From NCBI GenBank assembly GCA_947599825.1, contig CANQFS010000002.1:8669-72668 (forward strand): a DNA stretch of 64,000 bases. Direction: 5' to 3'. A program made the translations under genes and the position numbers. Of the stretch, positions 23,580-34,057 are shown in pieces. Source of the DNA: an uncultured Clostridia bacterium. GTDB lineage: Bacteria; Bacillota; Clostridia; TANB77; CAG-508. Each line of letters begins with the position of its first letter. The first letter of the stretch is position 1. The notes below the pieces were generated by a model, which made no database searches, was not told the DNA's origin, and was given only the letters and a program-made list of their open reading frames with translations.

Positions 23580-24683
23580 TTAAGATTCTTCACTTAATTC
23601 CCAAGCTGAGAATTCATGCCATTCAGATGTGTAATATAATTGACCATAATTACATTTTTTCGAAAACCATACAACATTTTCTGGAAAAACTCTTTTTCCT
23701 TCTAGCAATTCTATTGCTATACCGATTTCTTCTTCTGTTGGACCATTGTTCCAATTTTTCCCTCCTACAGAAGTAAATTGTCCATCTTGATATATTACTC
23801 CTTCAATTGAATTTTTAAATTGATTTGTTTCATCATTAACACGATTTAACACAACATTACCAACTCGATATTTTTCCATTTTGTCACATATTCCAGCTTC
23901 TGCATATATAATCTTAGCTAAAAGATTTACATCTTCTTCTGTATATTCCATTGCTATTTGTGATTCTAAAAAATATTCACCTGGTTTTTTTTCGTCATTT
24001 TCTACACAATTGCAAATCAATTGTGGTCGTGCAAATCGTTCACTTAATTGTTGGTCTTCTTGTTTTGTACCTGTGCTTGCAAATTGTAGTTCTAAGAAAA
24101 AATCATCTTGTACTTTTCGGTTATATTTGTTCATATCCATTTGTGTTTTTAATAAGTCTTTTTTGAGAATGTTTACCGTTTGTTTTATATCTATTCTAAA
24201 ATCTTTTATATTCTTTATTTTTGAATTTGAAAATATTAATTGATCTAGAGTTGAATAATTTAGATTTTCTGATGTTTTTGAAACCTGATAAGCTAACTCT
24301 TCTATGTCACTAGATTTTAGAATTGAATAAGAAAAATCTACTGTTCCTTTTGTTTTTGGAACTTGATAAATTAATTCTCCTATATTTTTTGGTTTTAGAC
24401 TTGAAATAGAAAAGTCTTTTGATTCTTCCGATTCTGGAGCTTGATAGGTTAATTTTCCTATATTCCTTAGTTTTAGATTTGAACAAGATAATTTGGCTAA
24501 TTCTTTTGATTTCGGAACTTGATAGGTTATTTCTCCTATATTCCGTGTTTTTATGGTTAAATATGCTAACCCTTCTATGGTTTTCATTTTTAACCCAAAA
24601 TAGATTACCATTACCGTAAATAATACAAATGAAAAAATGATTTTTTCCTTTAGATTATAATACCGACTATCTGTTTCTAACAT
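23580..24683 (-). CDS. Cell-wall hydrolase, SleB/CwlJ family, with N-terminal 26-aa tandem repeats
   Basis: A C-terminal Hydrolase_2-like region (AKIIYAEAG...VGNVVLNRV...FTSVG). There are four NIGE(I/L)TYQVPK repeats with a 78-nt DNA period at about 24235-24552. Confidence 0.65.
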   Translation of the reverse strand: MLETDSRYYNLKEKIIFSFVLFTVMVIYFGLKMKTIEGLAYLTIKTRNIGEITYQVPKSKELAKLSCSNLKLRNIGKLTYQAPESEESKDFSISSLKPKNIGELIYQVPKTKGTVDFSYSILKSSDIEELAYQVSKTSENLNYSTLDQLIFSNSKIKNIKDFRIDIKQTVNILKKDLLKTQMDMNKYNRKVQDDFFLELQFASTGTKQEDQQLSERFARPQLICNCVENDEKKPGEYFLESQIAMEYTEEDVNLLAKIIYAEAGICDKMEKYRVGNVVLNRVNDETNQFKNSIEGVIYQDGQFTSVGGKNWNNGPTEEEIGIAIELLEGKRVFPENVVWFSKKCNYGQLYYTSEWHEFSAWELSEES

Positions 24684-24877
24684 GTTTCCTCCTTTAGATG
24701 CATATCTCCATATTATGGAAATATTTATTTAACAACGACTTTTCTATTATAACACTTATTATTTTATTTTGCAAGCGTTTTTTGCATATTTTTTATGTTT
24801 TTTTACCATATTTTTACATATTTTATAATATTATTTCTAAAAATTTTTATTTATTTAGCATATATATGTAAATTATG

Positions 24878-26497
24878 TTATGATGCTCTCAATTGCTTTG
24901 CATGTTCTATTGATATATCATTAATATCTCCACTAGCAATTCTTGCAATTTCTTTAAGTGTTTTTTCTTCATTTAATTTTTCTACCTTTGTTTTTGTTTT
25001 ATTTTCTTCTACTACTTTACTTATGTAAAAATTGTGTTCTCCTTGTGCCGCAATATTAGCTAAGTGTGTAATACATAAAATTTGATGGTTTTGTGCTATT
25101 TTCTTCATTTTTTTACTTACTGCTTTGGCGGCATGTCCACTAATTCCGGTATCTATTTCATCAAAAATAAGAGTAGGAATTCTATCTACTTCACTTAAAA
25201 CAGATTTTATCGCTAGCATTATTCTTGACATTTCTCCACCTGAAGCAATTTTGTTTAGTGGTTTTTCTTCTTCTCCAATATTTGTAGAGATAAGAAATTC
25301 TATGTTGTCTAATCCATTTTTATTAAATTCTTCTCTTTTGCTAACTACAATATGGCATTTGGCTTGCTTCATTTCTAAATCAGCTAATTCTTGATTAATA
25401 CTTTGTGTTAGTTTTTCTGCTGCTTTTTTTCTTAAATCACTCATTTGCTTTGCTAAAATATTCATTTGCTTCTCATTTTTTTCTTGTTCTTGTAATCTTC
25501 TTTGGTTTTCTTCTTCACTATTTTCTATTTGTTTTACTTGCATTTCTATTTCGTTTTCATATTGTAAAATTTCTTCTATACTATTTCCATATTTCCTTTT
25601 TAAAGAATAAATAGTATCTAATCTAGTTTCTATCTCTTTTCGTTCTACTTCTTCAAATTCTGTATTTCCTTTTAAATTGTTGATATCTCTTGCAATTTCT
25701 TGTACTTCGTAATATATATTTTTAAGTTCTGTTAGTTTTTCTTGATAATTTTTATCAATATCTTCAATTTTTTCTAATGCTCTTATGGCTTCACTAATGC
25801 TATCTATTGCATTTTCGCCTAATGCTTCATCTGCTATATTTAAGCTATCTTCTATTTTTTCTGCATTTAGCATTATTTTACGTTGTTCTTCTAATGATTC
25901 TTCCTCTCCTATTTTTAGATTTGCTGTTTGTATTTCTCTAATTTGATATTGTAATAAGTCTAACTTTCTTTGTTTTTCTTTTTCATCTCCATAGTTTTCT
26001 TTTAGTTCTTTTTTTAACTGCTCATTTTTTTCGTATAACTTACGATATTCTTGTTTTATTTTTATGATTTCTGTTCCAAGGAAACTATCTAAATAACCAA
26101 TATGAGAGTTACTATCTAATAAAGTTTGGTTTTCGTTTTGACCATGTATATCTATAACTTGTTTCATAAATTCTTTTAATTCATTGACAGTTACTAATCT
26201 TCCATTGATTTTACAAGAGTTTCTCCCATTTTGATAAATTTCCCTTGATACAATAATATTTCCATCAATTGCATTTTCATTTTCTGGTAAATAAATGCAA
26301 GCTTCTACATATGAACATTCTTCACCACTGCGAATCATTTCTTTAGAAAAGCGATTGCCACAAATGATGCCTAGTGAATCAATAATTAACGTTTTACCTG
26401 CTCCTGTTTCGCCTGTTAGAACATTAAAGCCATTTTCTAAATTGATGCTTAAATCATCAATAATTCCTATGTTTTTAATTTGTATTGTACTAATCAT
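24878..26497 (-). CDS. recN: DNA repair protein RecN
   Basis: Starts MISTIQIKNIGII with Walker A GETGAGKT, a long coiled coil and a C-terminal SMC-like motif. The RBS is GGAGG 7 nt upstream. Confidence 0.85.
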   Translation of the reverse strand: MISTIQIKNIGIIDDLSINLENGFNVLTGETGAGKTLIIDSLGIICGNRFSKEMIRSGEECSYVEACIYLPENENAIDGNIIVSREIYQNGRNSCKINGRLVTVNELKEFMKQVIDIHGQNENQTLLDSNSHIGYLDSFLGTEIIKIKQEYRKLYEKNEQLKKELKENYGDEKEKQRKLDLLQYQIREIQTANLKIGEEESLEEQRKIMLNAEKIEDSLNIADEALGENAIDSISEAIRALEKIEDIDKNYQEKLTELKNIYYEVQEIARDINNLKGNTEFEEVERKEIETRLDTIYSLKRKYGNSIEEILQYENEIEMQVKQIENSEEENQRRLQEQEKNEKQMNILAKQMSDLRKKAAEKLTQSINQELADLEMKQAKCHIVVSKREEFNKNGLDNIEFLISTNIGEEEKPLNKIASGGEMSRIMLAIKSVLSEVDRIPTLIFDEIDTGISGHAAKAVSKKMKKIAQNHQILCITHLANIAAQGEHNFYISKVVEENKTKTKVEKLNEEKTLKEIARIASGDINDISIEHAKQLRAS

Positions 26498-26522
26498 AAA
26501 AAACCTCCATATACGAAATAAT

Positions 26523-26565
26523 GTTTGTATGAATGTATTATACAAACAGATTTTTGTTTTGTCAA
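26523..26565 (-). promoter_or_regulatory. recN promoter with a 27-bp palindrome over the -10 element (candidate SOS operator)
   Basis: The minus strand reads TTGACA-17-TATAAT. The palindrome TGTTTGTAT-N9-ATACAAACA spans the -10. Confidence 0.4.
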
Positions 26566-26656
26566 TAGTTTTTTTAATTTTTTATAAAATATTTGAATTA
26601 TATTATTAACGCAAAATAGAGAATATTATCACATTAATGATAATATTCCCTATTTT

Positions 26657-28885
26657 TTATTGCCAATTTAAAATTGGATAGCCTGAATTTTTTGTTGATT
26701 CTATTTTCCATGCATTTTTTTTTGTATTTAATAGTTTTACAAATTCAGCTTTTTTCATGTCTTCTGCTGACTTTGCTTCCGAATTTTCAACAGCTTCATC
26801 GTGTATCCCACATAACATATTAAGTGGTGTTGCAGTAGAAAGTGTGTAACAATAATTAACTGATGATGATGCTACATTCTCTCCTAATATGGTTCCTACA
26901 TAAAGGTTTCCTGTAATATTGCCTAAAGTATAAGAGCTCATCAAACTACCAGAATTTGAACCAGTTAGACCTCCTACCCAGTTATTTCCTATTATATCTT
27001 TTGTGTTATAACAACTTTCAATTTTTCCTCTTATATTATTACCAATTATTCCTCCTGCATAATCTCCTCCCTTAATTATTCCTGCATTGAAAGAATTAAT
27101 AGTATTAGCTTCCAACTGTACTCCTGCAATACCTCCTACTTGACTACCATTATTTACACTGCTTATACTTCCTGAATTAACACTTTCTTTTATAGTTCCA
27201 TTTTGTTGATTTGCACCAACAAGTCCACCAACATATATATATCCTGTTATTGTTCCATTATTGATACATCTAGTAATTATATTTGAGTTCTCACTAATTC
27301 CAATAATTCCCCCTACATAACTATTTCCAGTAATAGTAGAACTATAATTGTTACAGCTTATAATGTTACTATTTTTACAAACTCCTACTATTCCTCCCAC
27401 GTAATCATTAGCTATTATTGTATTTGTACCTAAATCTATGTTTTGTATAGTTGCATCAGAAACCCAACCAAATAATCCAACCCCATCTAAATTTTTATTA
27501 TTGATATAAATATTTTGGATAGCATTATGCCAACCATTAAAGTTTCCTTTAAATTGATTTTCTTTTGTACCTATTGGAACCCATTGATTTTGTTCATTTC
27601 CTTGTAAATCAATAACAGCTGTTTGTGTAATTGTTTTTCCTTGATATGTTGTACCTTCATTAACACTGTCTCTGAATTTTTCAAATTCTTCTTTTGTTTT
27701 TATTTCATAGTCTTCTATGATTCCTGTAGTTGACGTTGCTGAGTTTCCTGCTTTATCTTTTACAATAACATAGCAGTCTTTTGCTCCAAAAGTGGTTCCT
27801 ACTGTAATACTGTTACTATTATTTGAATTATCATATTTTTGTCCTTCAATGTAGAACTCATAACTTACAATTCCTGATTCATTATCTTGTGCATTGGCTG
27901 TAATAGTAACTTGTTTATTAGTAATATTACCTATTGTTAAACTTACACTTGGATTTACATTATCTGTTACTTTTCTACTTGTATATTTTCCTCCATTTTT
28001 TCCGTCCCATAAACGTGCACATACATAATCATTATGGTTTAAATTTTCCACTTTTGTACCTGTGTTCCAGTCACTTTCTTTTATATTGCTAACATCTGTT
28101 ACTACTTGGTATTGAATCTTTAAATTGCTATCTATTTGCTCAGCTTTACTAATAGTTGTACTTGCTGTATGTGAACTTGCATTCCATGTTGGTGCTGCTA
28201 TGATTAAGTTTCCTGTTTCTGCTGTTGTTACTTGTTCAGTTTTTCTTGTTACTTCTGTTTCTACTGTTCCATTTTCATTTTTTACTTCTACTTTTATATA
28301 ATACTCTGCATTTTGATTTAAATTTTCAAATTTATATTCTCCAGTTTCATTTGTTTTTTGGGCATTTCCATAGTCTCCGCTTATTGTATCTTTTATGTAG
28401 AAGGTATATTCTTTCGCTCTTTTTGCTTCTACTGTTACGCTTATACTATTGGTTGTATTTGTTACTGTTAGGTTTACAATTCTTGGTTTTAGCTTTCCTG
28501 CTTTTCCTTCATATATTATTAATAAGTTTCCATTTTTTTCTTCTTGCAATAAATATGTGTATTTATCATCTACTATTATATATGTATTTTCTTCATTTTC
28601 CTCTTCTACACTTGTAATTTCATTATTTTGTAACTTTCCATTACCTTGTAAATATTCTAAGTAGTCTTCAATTGTTACTTTTCCGTTATTCTCAACTGCT
28701 ACAGTTGCTTTCCTTATTTCTAATTCTTCTGTTATGATTATTATTTCCTGTTCTTCTTTTTGTTTTTGTGCTCTTGTTATTAAGCCGTTTTTTCCTATTG
28801 TTACTTGCAAAGTCACCCCTGATAGTATAATTAATATAATAATTGTTATTACTAATGATATTAAAGTGATTCCTTTTTCTTTCAT
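26657..28885 (-). CDS. Prepilin-like N-terminus surface protein with Fn3-like and GLUG-repeat domains
   Basis: The N-terminus MKEKGITLISLVITIIIL looks like a class III signal. It carries a D..SGI..Y Fn3-like domain and multiple YVGG(I/L)(I/V)G GLUG motifs. Confidence 0.55.
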   Translation of the reverse strand: MKEKGITLISLVITIIILIILSGVTLQVTIGKNGLITRAQKQKEEQEIIIITEELEIRKATVAVENNGKVTIEDYLEYLQGNGKLQNNEITSVEEENEENTYIIVDDKYTYLLQEEKNGNLLIIYEGKAGKLKPRIVNLTVTNTTNSISVTVEAKRAKEYTFYIKDTISGDYGNAQKTNETGEYKFENLNQNAEYYIKVEVKNENGTVETEVTRKTEQVTTAETGNLIIAAPTWNASSHTASTTISKAEQIDSNLKIQYQVVTDVSNIKESDWNTGTKVENLNHNDYVCARLWDGKNGGKYTSRKVTDNVNPSVSLTIGNITNKQVTITANAQDNESGIVSYEFYIEGQKYDNSNNSNSITVGTTFGAKDCYVIVKDKAGNSATSTTGIIEDYEIKTKEEFEKFRDSVNEGTTYQGKTITQTAVIDLQGNEQNQWVPIGTKENQFKGNFNGWHNAIQNIYINNKNLDGVGLFGWVSDATIQNIDLGTNTIIANDYVGGIVGVCKNSNIISCNNYSSTITGNSYVGGIIGISENSNIITRCINNGTITGYIYVGGLVGANQQNGTIKESVNSGSISSVNNGSQVGGIAGVQLEANTINSFNAGIIKGGDYAGGIIGNNIRGKIESCYNTKDIIGNNWVGGLTGSNSGSLMSSYTLGNITGNLYVGTILGENVASSSVNYCYTLSTATPLNMLCGIHDEAVENSEAKSAEDMKKAEFVKLLNTKKNAWKIESTKNSGYPILNWQ

Positions 28886-28921
28886 TTGTTTTTTCCTCCA
28901 TTAACTATAATTTTTATTAGT

Positions 28922-29392
28922 TTATTTTTTTACTATTGTAAAATTATAAGCATTTGCACAATCTTTACTTAGTCCCATATTTAATTGTGTTTTTGCTCCT
29001 GCATTTAATGGTTCTATTAATCCTTGTGTTTTTTCTATTTCATTTCCATCTTTATCTAGTAAAATTAGTTCTACTGCAATTAGTTTGCTCTTTTCATTTT
29101 TTGTATTTACTACATCTGCTAGTACTACTGATTGTCCATTTTTATATGTTAATTGAATATTGCTTATTTCTAATCCTTCTACTATTTTTGGTTCTTTTAA
29201 TTTTGTACTTGTATTATATTTTGTTCCGTCTTCTAATACTTGAACATACTCTTCTACTTTTTCGTTTTGTGTTACTGGTTTTTCTATATTGTTTTCTTCT
29301 TTCTTTGGTTTTGTGCAAAAATAAATAATAGCTATTGTTATTACTCCTATTAATATTAGAATTCCTATAAATTTCATTTCTTGTTTTTTCAT
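28922..29392 (-). CDS. Hypothetical membrane-anchored protein
   Basis: A TM helix and a beta-rich ectodomain. Confidence 0.45.
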   Translation of the reverse strand: MKKQEMKFIGILILIGVITIAIIYFCTKPKKEENNIEKPVTQNEKVEEYVQVLEDGTKYNTSTKLKEPKIVEGLEISNIQLTYKNGQSVVLADVVNTKNEKSKLIAVELILLDKDGNEIEKTQGLIEPLNAGAKTQLNMGLSKDCANAYNFTIVKK

Positions 29393-29643
29393 TTGTTTCT
29401 AACTCCTTTTTTATTTTATTATAGCTTTGAATTTTTTTAAACTCAATAAATTGCCTATTTTATGGTAATAACTTTTTTACATAATTTTCTAAAAATAATA
29501 TTTTATATAGATTATGTATATAAGTTTTTACTATTTTAATTATATTTTGTGTAGATTGTTTTGTTAATATTTACTATCTATTTATTATAAAATTGTAACA
29601 TTTTACTGTTTTTGCTCCGTTTCAAAAAAAGGTGCAAAAATAA

Positions 29644-29667
29644 AAAGCCTTGTTTTTTAACAGGCTT
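29644..29667 (-). terminator. Terminator after rplQ (end of the alpha operon)
   Basis: The sequence aagccttg-ttttttaa-caggctt with a U-run on the minus strand. Confidence 0.5.
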
Positions 29668-29760
29668 CTTATTTCTTATATGTAGTTTAAAAGGTTGACC
29701 ATTTTTACTTTTTTGACCTTTTATCCTTTTACTACAATTTTTTAACACCAAATTAATAAA

Positions 29761-30285
29761 TTAAACTAATTGTAAAATAACTACTTCTGCTGCGTCTCCT
29801 CTTCTTTGTCCTACTTTTACAATACGTGTGTATCCACCTACACGGCCTTCGTATTTTGGAGCAATTTCATTGAATAGTTTTGCAGGTAAGTCAATGTTAT
29901 TTCCCTTTTCGTCTTTTACTTTATTAAGCATTCTCATCATTTTTCTTCTTGCATTTAATCTTGTTGGCATATCTTTTTGTCTTTTTTCTACTTTTTCTTC
30001 TTTTACGACTCTTAGATATTCTTTGCCATTTTTACTTTTTACTAATTCTGTTTCTTTATTTCCTTTGCTATCTAATTTTGCTTTTACAACTTTTACATCT
30101 ACTGTTTCAAAGTTATCTTTTTCTTTAATTGCTAAGGAAATAATGCTATCAGCCATTGCTTTTAATTCTTTGGCTCTTGCTTCTGTGGTTTCAATTTTTT
30201 CATGTAAAATTAAGTCTGTTAATCCACTTTTTAGCATTGCTTTACGGATATCAGTTGTTCTACCTAATTTTCTGTTGATTGCCAC
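29761..30285 (-). CDS. rplQ: 50S ribosomal protein L17 (with an internal insertion of about 50 aa)
   Basis: A GTG start after AAAGGAGGAG. It has conserved N-terminal ([13 protein letters not shown]) and C-terminal ([17 protein letters not shown]) regions. Confidence 0.8.
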   Translation of the reverse strand: MAINRKLGRTTDIRKAMLKSGLTDLILHEKIETTEARAKELKAMADSIISLAIKEKDNFETVDVKVVKAKLDSKGNKETELVKSKNGKEYLRVVKEEKVEKRQKDMPTRLNARRKMMRMLNKVKDEKGNNIDLPAKLFNEIAPKYEGRVGGYTRIVKVGQRRGDAAEVVILQLV

Positions 30286-30377
30286 TTTATTCTCCTCCTT
30301 TTCCTCGGTAAGGAACACATCTTTTTCTCATCTTAGTTTTTAAGTGTCTCCCTATCTTTTAATAATTATTATTTCTT

Positions 30378-31325
30378 TTACTCTTCTTCTTTGGCAAAAT
30401 CTAATCCTAATGAATGTAGTTTGAAGGTTACTTCATCTAATGATTTTTTACCTAAGTTTCTTACTTTCATCATTTCAGACTCTGTCATATTAGTAATATC
30501 TTCTACTGTTGAAATTCCAGCTCTTTTTAAGCAATTGAATGATCTTACAGATAATTCTAAGTCTTCAATTGACATTTCTAGAACTTTCTCTTTCTTATTT
30601 TCTTCTTTTTCTATCATTACTTGCGTATTTTTAGCAGTTTCTGATAAATCAATGAATAATTCTAAATGACTTGTCATTACTTTAGCAGCCAAGCTTAATG
30701 CTTCATAAGGTGCTAAACTTCCATCTGTCCATAATTCAATGGTTAATTTGTCATAGTCTATATTTTGACCAACTCTCGTATTTTCTACTGCATAATTTAC
30801 TTTCTTTACTGGTGTGTAGATAGAGTCAATTGGTAATACTCCTAGAGGTTGATTTTCTTTTTTATTTTTCTCTGCTGAGTTATAACCTCTGCCCATATCT
30901 ACTGTCATTTCCATTTGAAGATTTGCTCCTTCTGATAAGGTAGCTATATGTAAATCTGGATTTAGTACTTCTACAGAGCTATCTGTAATGATATCTCCTG
31001 CTTTTACTTCTCCTTCTCCTTGCACGTTAATACGAATTATTTTTTCTTCATTTTCATGAAGTTTTAGTCTAACCATTTTTAAATTTACTATGATTTCTGG
31101 TACATCTTCTACTACGTTAGGAATTGTAGAGAATTCATGCACAACACCTTCAATTTTTACACTTGTGATTGCAGCACCTGGTAATGAAGATAAAAGGATT
31201 CTTCTTAATGAGTTTCCTATTGTTACTCCATAACCACGTTCTAATGGTTCACAAACAAATTTTGCATAATTTGCTTCATTATCAATTTCTAAGCATTTAA
31301 TATTTGGCCTTTCAAATTCTATCAT
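30378..31325 (-). CDS. rpoA: DNA-directed RNA polymerase subunit alpha
   Basis: 315 aa, starting MIEFERPNI. It has an alpha NTD and a CTD. Confidence 0.9.
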   Translation of the reverse strand: MIEFERPNIKCLEIDNEANYAKFVCEPLERGYGVTIGNSLRRILLSSLPGAAITSVKIEGVVHEFSTIPNVVEDVPEIIVNLKMVRLKLHENEEKIIRINVQGEGEVKAGDIITDSSVEVLNPDLHIATLSEGANLQMEMTVDMGRGYNSAEKNKKENQPLGVLPIDSIYTPVKKVNYAVENTRVGQNIDYDKLTIELWTDGSLAPYEALSLAAKVMTSHLELFIDLSETAKNTQVMIEKEENKKEKVLEMSIEDLELSVRSFNCLKRAGISTVEDITNMTESEMMKVRNLGKKSLDEVTFKLHSLGLDFAKEEE

Positions 31326-31474
31326 TTTTACCTCCTATTTTTTAGAAGTTAGAGGCTTGGGACTAAATTTTTCTATATTTTAATCCTTTTTCCTTTTTCT
31401 TCTTACTTCTTATTTTCTTTTTTAGAAGTTTTTACGACTGATTTTTCTAAATTCTAATTACTAACTTCTAATTA

Positions 31475-32101
31475 TTATTTAGAGTAAAGCTCTACTATTA
31501 AATGTTCTTCTACTGGTAGGTCTATTTCTTCTCTTGCTGCTAATCTTACGACTTTACCACTTAATTTTTCTACGTCTTTTTCTAACCATTCTGGAACAGG
31601 TCTTGCTCCGTTTTCTTCTACGTTAAGCTTGATTGCTCCATTGTCTTTTCTTATTTCTCTTACTGTAACAACATCTCCTGCTTTTACTAAGTAAGATGGA
31701 ATATCTACTTTTTGTCCGTTTACTTCAAAAGCTCCGTGTGTTATCATCATTCTTGCTTGTGCTCTTGAGCTTCCATAACCTAATCTGTAAACTACGTTAT
31801 CTAATCTACTTTCTAGGATTTGTAGTAAAACTTCACCAGTTTTTCCTTTTGTTTTAGAAGCCATATCAAAATATCTTCTAAATTGTTTTTCGCTAACTCC
31901 ATAAAATGCTTTTGTTTTTTGTTTTTCTCTTAATTGAGTACCATATTCAGAAAGTTTCTTCTTTTTTTGTCCATTTTGTCCTGGTGCATAGTTTCTTCTT
32001 GAAATACTGCATTTGTCTGTATAACATCTTGAACCTTTTAAGAATAACTTTTGTCCTTCTCTACGGCAAATACGGCATTGTTCATCTTTGTATCTTGCCA
32101 T
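31475..32101 (-). CDS. rpsD: 30S ribosomal protein S4
   Basis: 208 aa with a Cys cluster and an S4 domain. Confidence 0.9.
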   Translation of the reverse strand: MARYKDEQCRICRREGQKLFLKGSRCYTDKCSISRRNYAPGQNGQKKKKLSEYGTQLREKQKTKAFYGVSEKQFRRYFDMASKTKGKTGEVLLQILESRLDNVVYRLGYGSSRAQARMMITHGAFEVNGQKVDIPSYLVKAGDVVTVREIRKDNGAIKLNVEENGARPVPEWLEKDVEKLSGKVVRLAAREEIDLPVEEHLIVELYSK

Positions 32102-32198
32102 GTTCTATTTCCTCCTTTTTTTATTGTAGGAAACTCATTTTTCTGCCATTACCAACAGGTTTATGCCAGATTTCAAAATGCTTTCCTCTTTATATATT

Positions 32199-32597
32199 TT
32201 AAACTCTTCTTCTTTTTGGTGGTCTACAACCGTTATGTGGAATTGGAGTAACATCTTTAATGCTACTAATTTCTAAACCAGCTGCTTGTAATGAACGGAT
32301 AGCTGCTTCACGTCCTGAACCAGGTCCTTTTACAAATACTTCTACTGATTTTAAACCATGTTCCATTGCTGCTTTTGCAGCTGTTTCTGCAGCTTCTCCT
32401 GCTGCAAATGGTGTACTTTTTCTTGAACCTTTGAATCCTAATTCTCCGGCACTTGCCCAAGAAAGTGCATTTCCTTGAACATCTGTAATTGTAACGATTG
32501 TATTATTGAAACTAGAATGAATGTGTGCCATTCCTTTTTCGATATTTTTTCTATCTCTTCTTCTAGTTGTTGTTCTTTTTGTTACAGGCTTTGCCAT
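32199..32597 (-). CDS. rpsK: 30S ribosomal protein S11
   Basis: 132 aa. Confidence 0.9.
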   Translation of the reverse strand: MAKPVTKRTTTRRRDRKNIEKGMAHIHSSFNNTIVTITDVQGNALSWASAGELGFKGSRKSTPFAAGEAAETAAKAAMEHGLKSVEVFVKGPGSGREAAIRSLQAAGLEISSIKDVTPIPHNGCRPPKRRRV

Positions 32598-32667
32598 TTA
32601 ATTTTACCTCCTTAACTATTGTGTTATTATAGTATTTAAGGCTTATCCCTTTTTCTAATACTATTTT

Positions 32668-33033
32668 TTATTTTTTGCTTTTACTTACTAATTTTCTTGG
32701 TCCTTTTCTTGTACGAGCATTTGTTTTTGTTCTTTGTCCTCTTACTGGAAGACCTCTTCTATGTCTAATTCCTCTGTAGCACCCGATTTCAGTAAGTCTT
32801 TTAATGTTTAAAGCAACTTCTCTTCTTAAGTCTCCTTCTAATACCATTCCGTCCATTGCTTTTCTGATTGCTTGTTCTTGCTCTGCTGTTAAGTCTTTTA
32901 CTCTTGTATCTGGATTTACTCCAGCTTCTTTTAATATTTTTTGAGAAGTTGATAGTCCTACACCATAAATATATGTAAGTCCGATTTCTACTCTCTTTTC
33001 TCTAGGTAAATCTACTCCTGCTATACGAGCCAT
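32668..33033 (-). CDS. rpsM: 30S ribosomal protein S13
   Basis: 121 aa, starting [10 protein letters not shown]. Confidence 0.9.
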   Translation of the reverse strand: MARIAGVDLPREKRVEIGLTYIYGVGLSTSQKILKEAGVNPDTRVKDLTAEQEQAIRKAMDGMVLEGDLRREVALNIKRLTEIGCYRGIRHRRGLPVRGQRTKTNARTRKGPRKLVSKSKK

Positions 33034-33242
33034 ATTTTTTTAGCACCTCCAAATTTTATTTTTTATTTTGTTTTATGGTTTGTTTAAATAAAAAGCTTGA
33101 AAGGTGAAATGCGCTGGATAAAGGAACCAGCCTTTCTACTTTTCTTTTAAACATGTATATAAACACAAATTTGATTCATAGTTTCTTTTGAAACTACAGC
33201 CGCTTCCAAACTTGTGTTAATATCTTTTTTTGGTATGTAACT

Positions 33243-33356
33243 CTACCCTTGTCTTTGTTTGTGTTTTGGATTTTCACAAATAACCCTAATAACACCTTTT
33301 CTTTTGATGATTTTACATTTTTCGCAAATTTTCTTTACTGATGGTCTTACTTTCAT
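33243..33356 (-). CDS. rpmJ: 50S ribosomal protein L36
   Basis: The 37-aa product [37 protein letters not shown], found by manual translation; the ORF falls below the track cutoff. Confidence 0.85.
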   Translation of the reverse strand: MKVRPSVKKICEKCKIIKRKGVIRVICENPKHKQRQG

Positions 33357-33507
33357 TCTAAACACACCCCCTGTAATTTTTTTATCTTATATTTTTATGT
33401 ACTACATTATGATGTGTGAGGTCAGATGTATAAGATAACAGGCTAAATGAAATTTACACATCTCACGTCGCACCTCATAATAAAACCGTAGTATATAATT
33501 TTTACTT

Positions 33508-33726
33508 TTATTTTGCTCTCCAAGTAATACGACCTCTTGTTAAGTCGTAAGGAGAAAGTTCTACTTTTACCTTGTCTCCTGGTAGAATTTTAATGTAGTT
33601 CATTCTTAATTTTCCAGAAATGTGAGCCAATATTTGATGTCCATTTTCAAGTTCTACTTTAAAATTTGTATTTGGTAATGTTTCTACAACAGTACCTTCT
33701 ACCTCGATTACATCTTCTTTTGACAT
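33508..33726 (-). CDS. infA: Translation initiation factor IF-1
   Basis: 72 aa with an S1-like fold. Confidence 0.9.
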   Translation of the reverse strand: MSKEDVIEVEGTVVETLPNTNFKVELENGHQILAHISGKLRMNYIKILPGDKVKVELSPYDLTRGRITWRAK

Positions 33727-33799
33727 TGTATATTCATTCCTTTCAAGTTACAAAACATTTTGAAAAAATTATTGTTCATAATTTTGCTAATAATTATTT

Positions 33800-33975
33800 T
33801 TTATAATTATTGCTCATGATTTTGTTTATGATTATTGCTCATAATTATTTTTTTATAATTTTGTTTATAATTATTGCTCATAATTATTTTTTTATAATTT
33901 TGTTTATAATTATTGCTCATAATTATTTTTTTATAATTTTGTTTATAAGTTTGCTTATAATTGTTTTCAAAATTC
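33800..33975. repeat. 39-bp tandem repeat of about 4.5 copies in the map-infA spacer
   Basis: The unit is ataattattgctcataattatttttttataattttgttt. It creates a spurious 74-aa low-complexity ORF. Confidence 0.7.
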
Positions 33976-34057
33976 CTTGATTTTTCTATGTTTTTACGCG
34001 TTTTAAGATACAATTTTGCAATTGTATCCATAATAACTACTATAGTATATAATATTT

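Noticed and set aside
33807-34031. A 74-aa ORF with NNYKQNYKKIIMS repeats.
   Set aside because: It is an artefact of a 39-bp tandem DNA repeat in an AT-rich spacer, and has no RBS.
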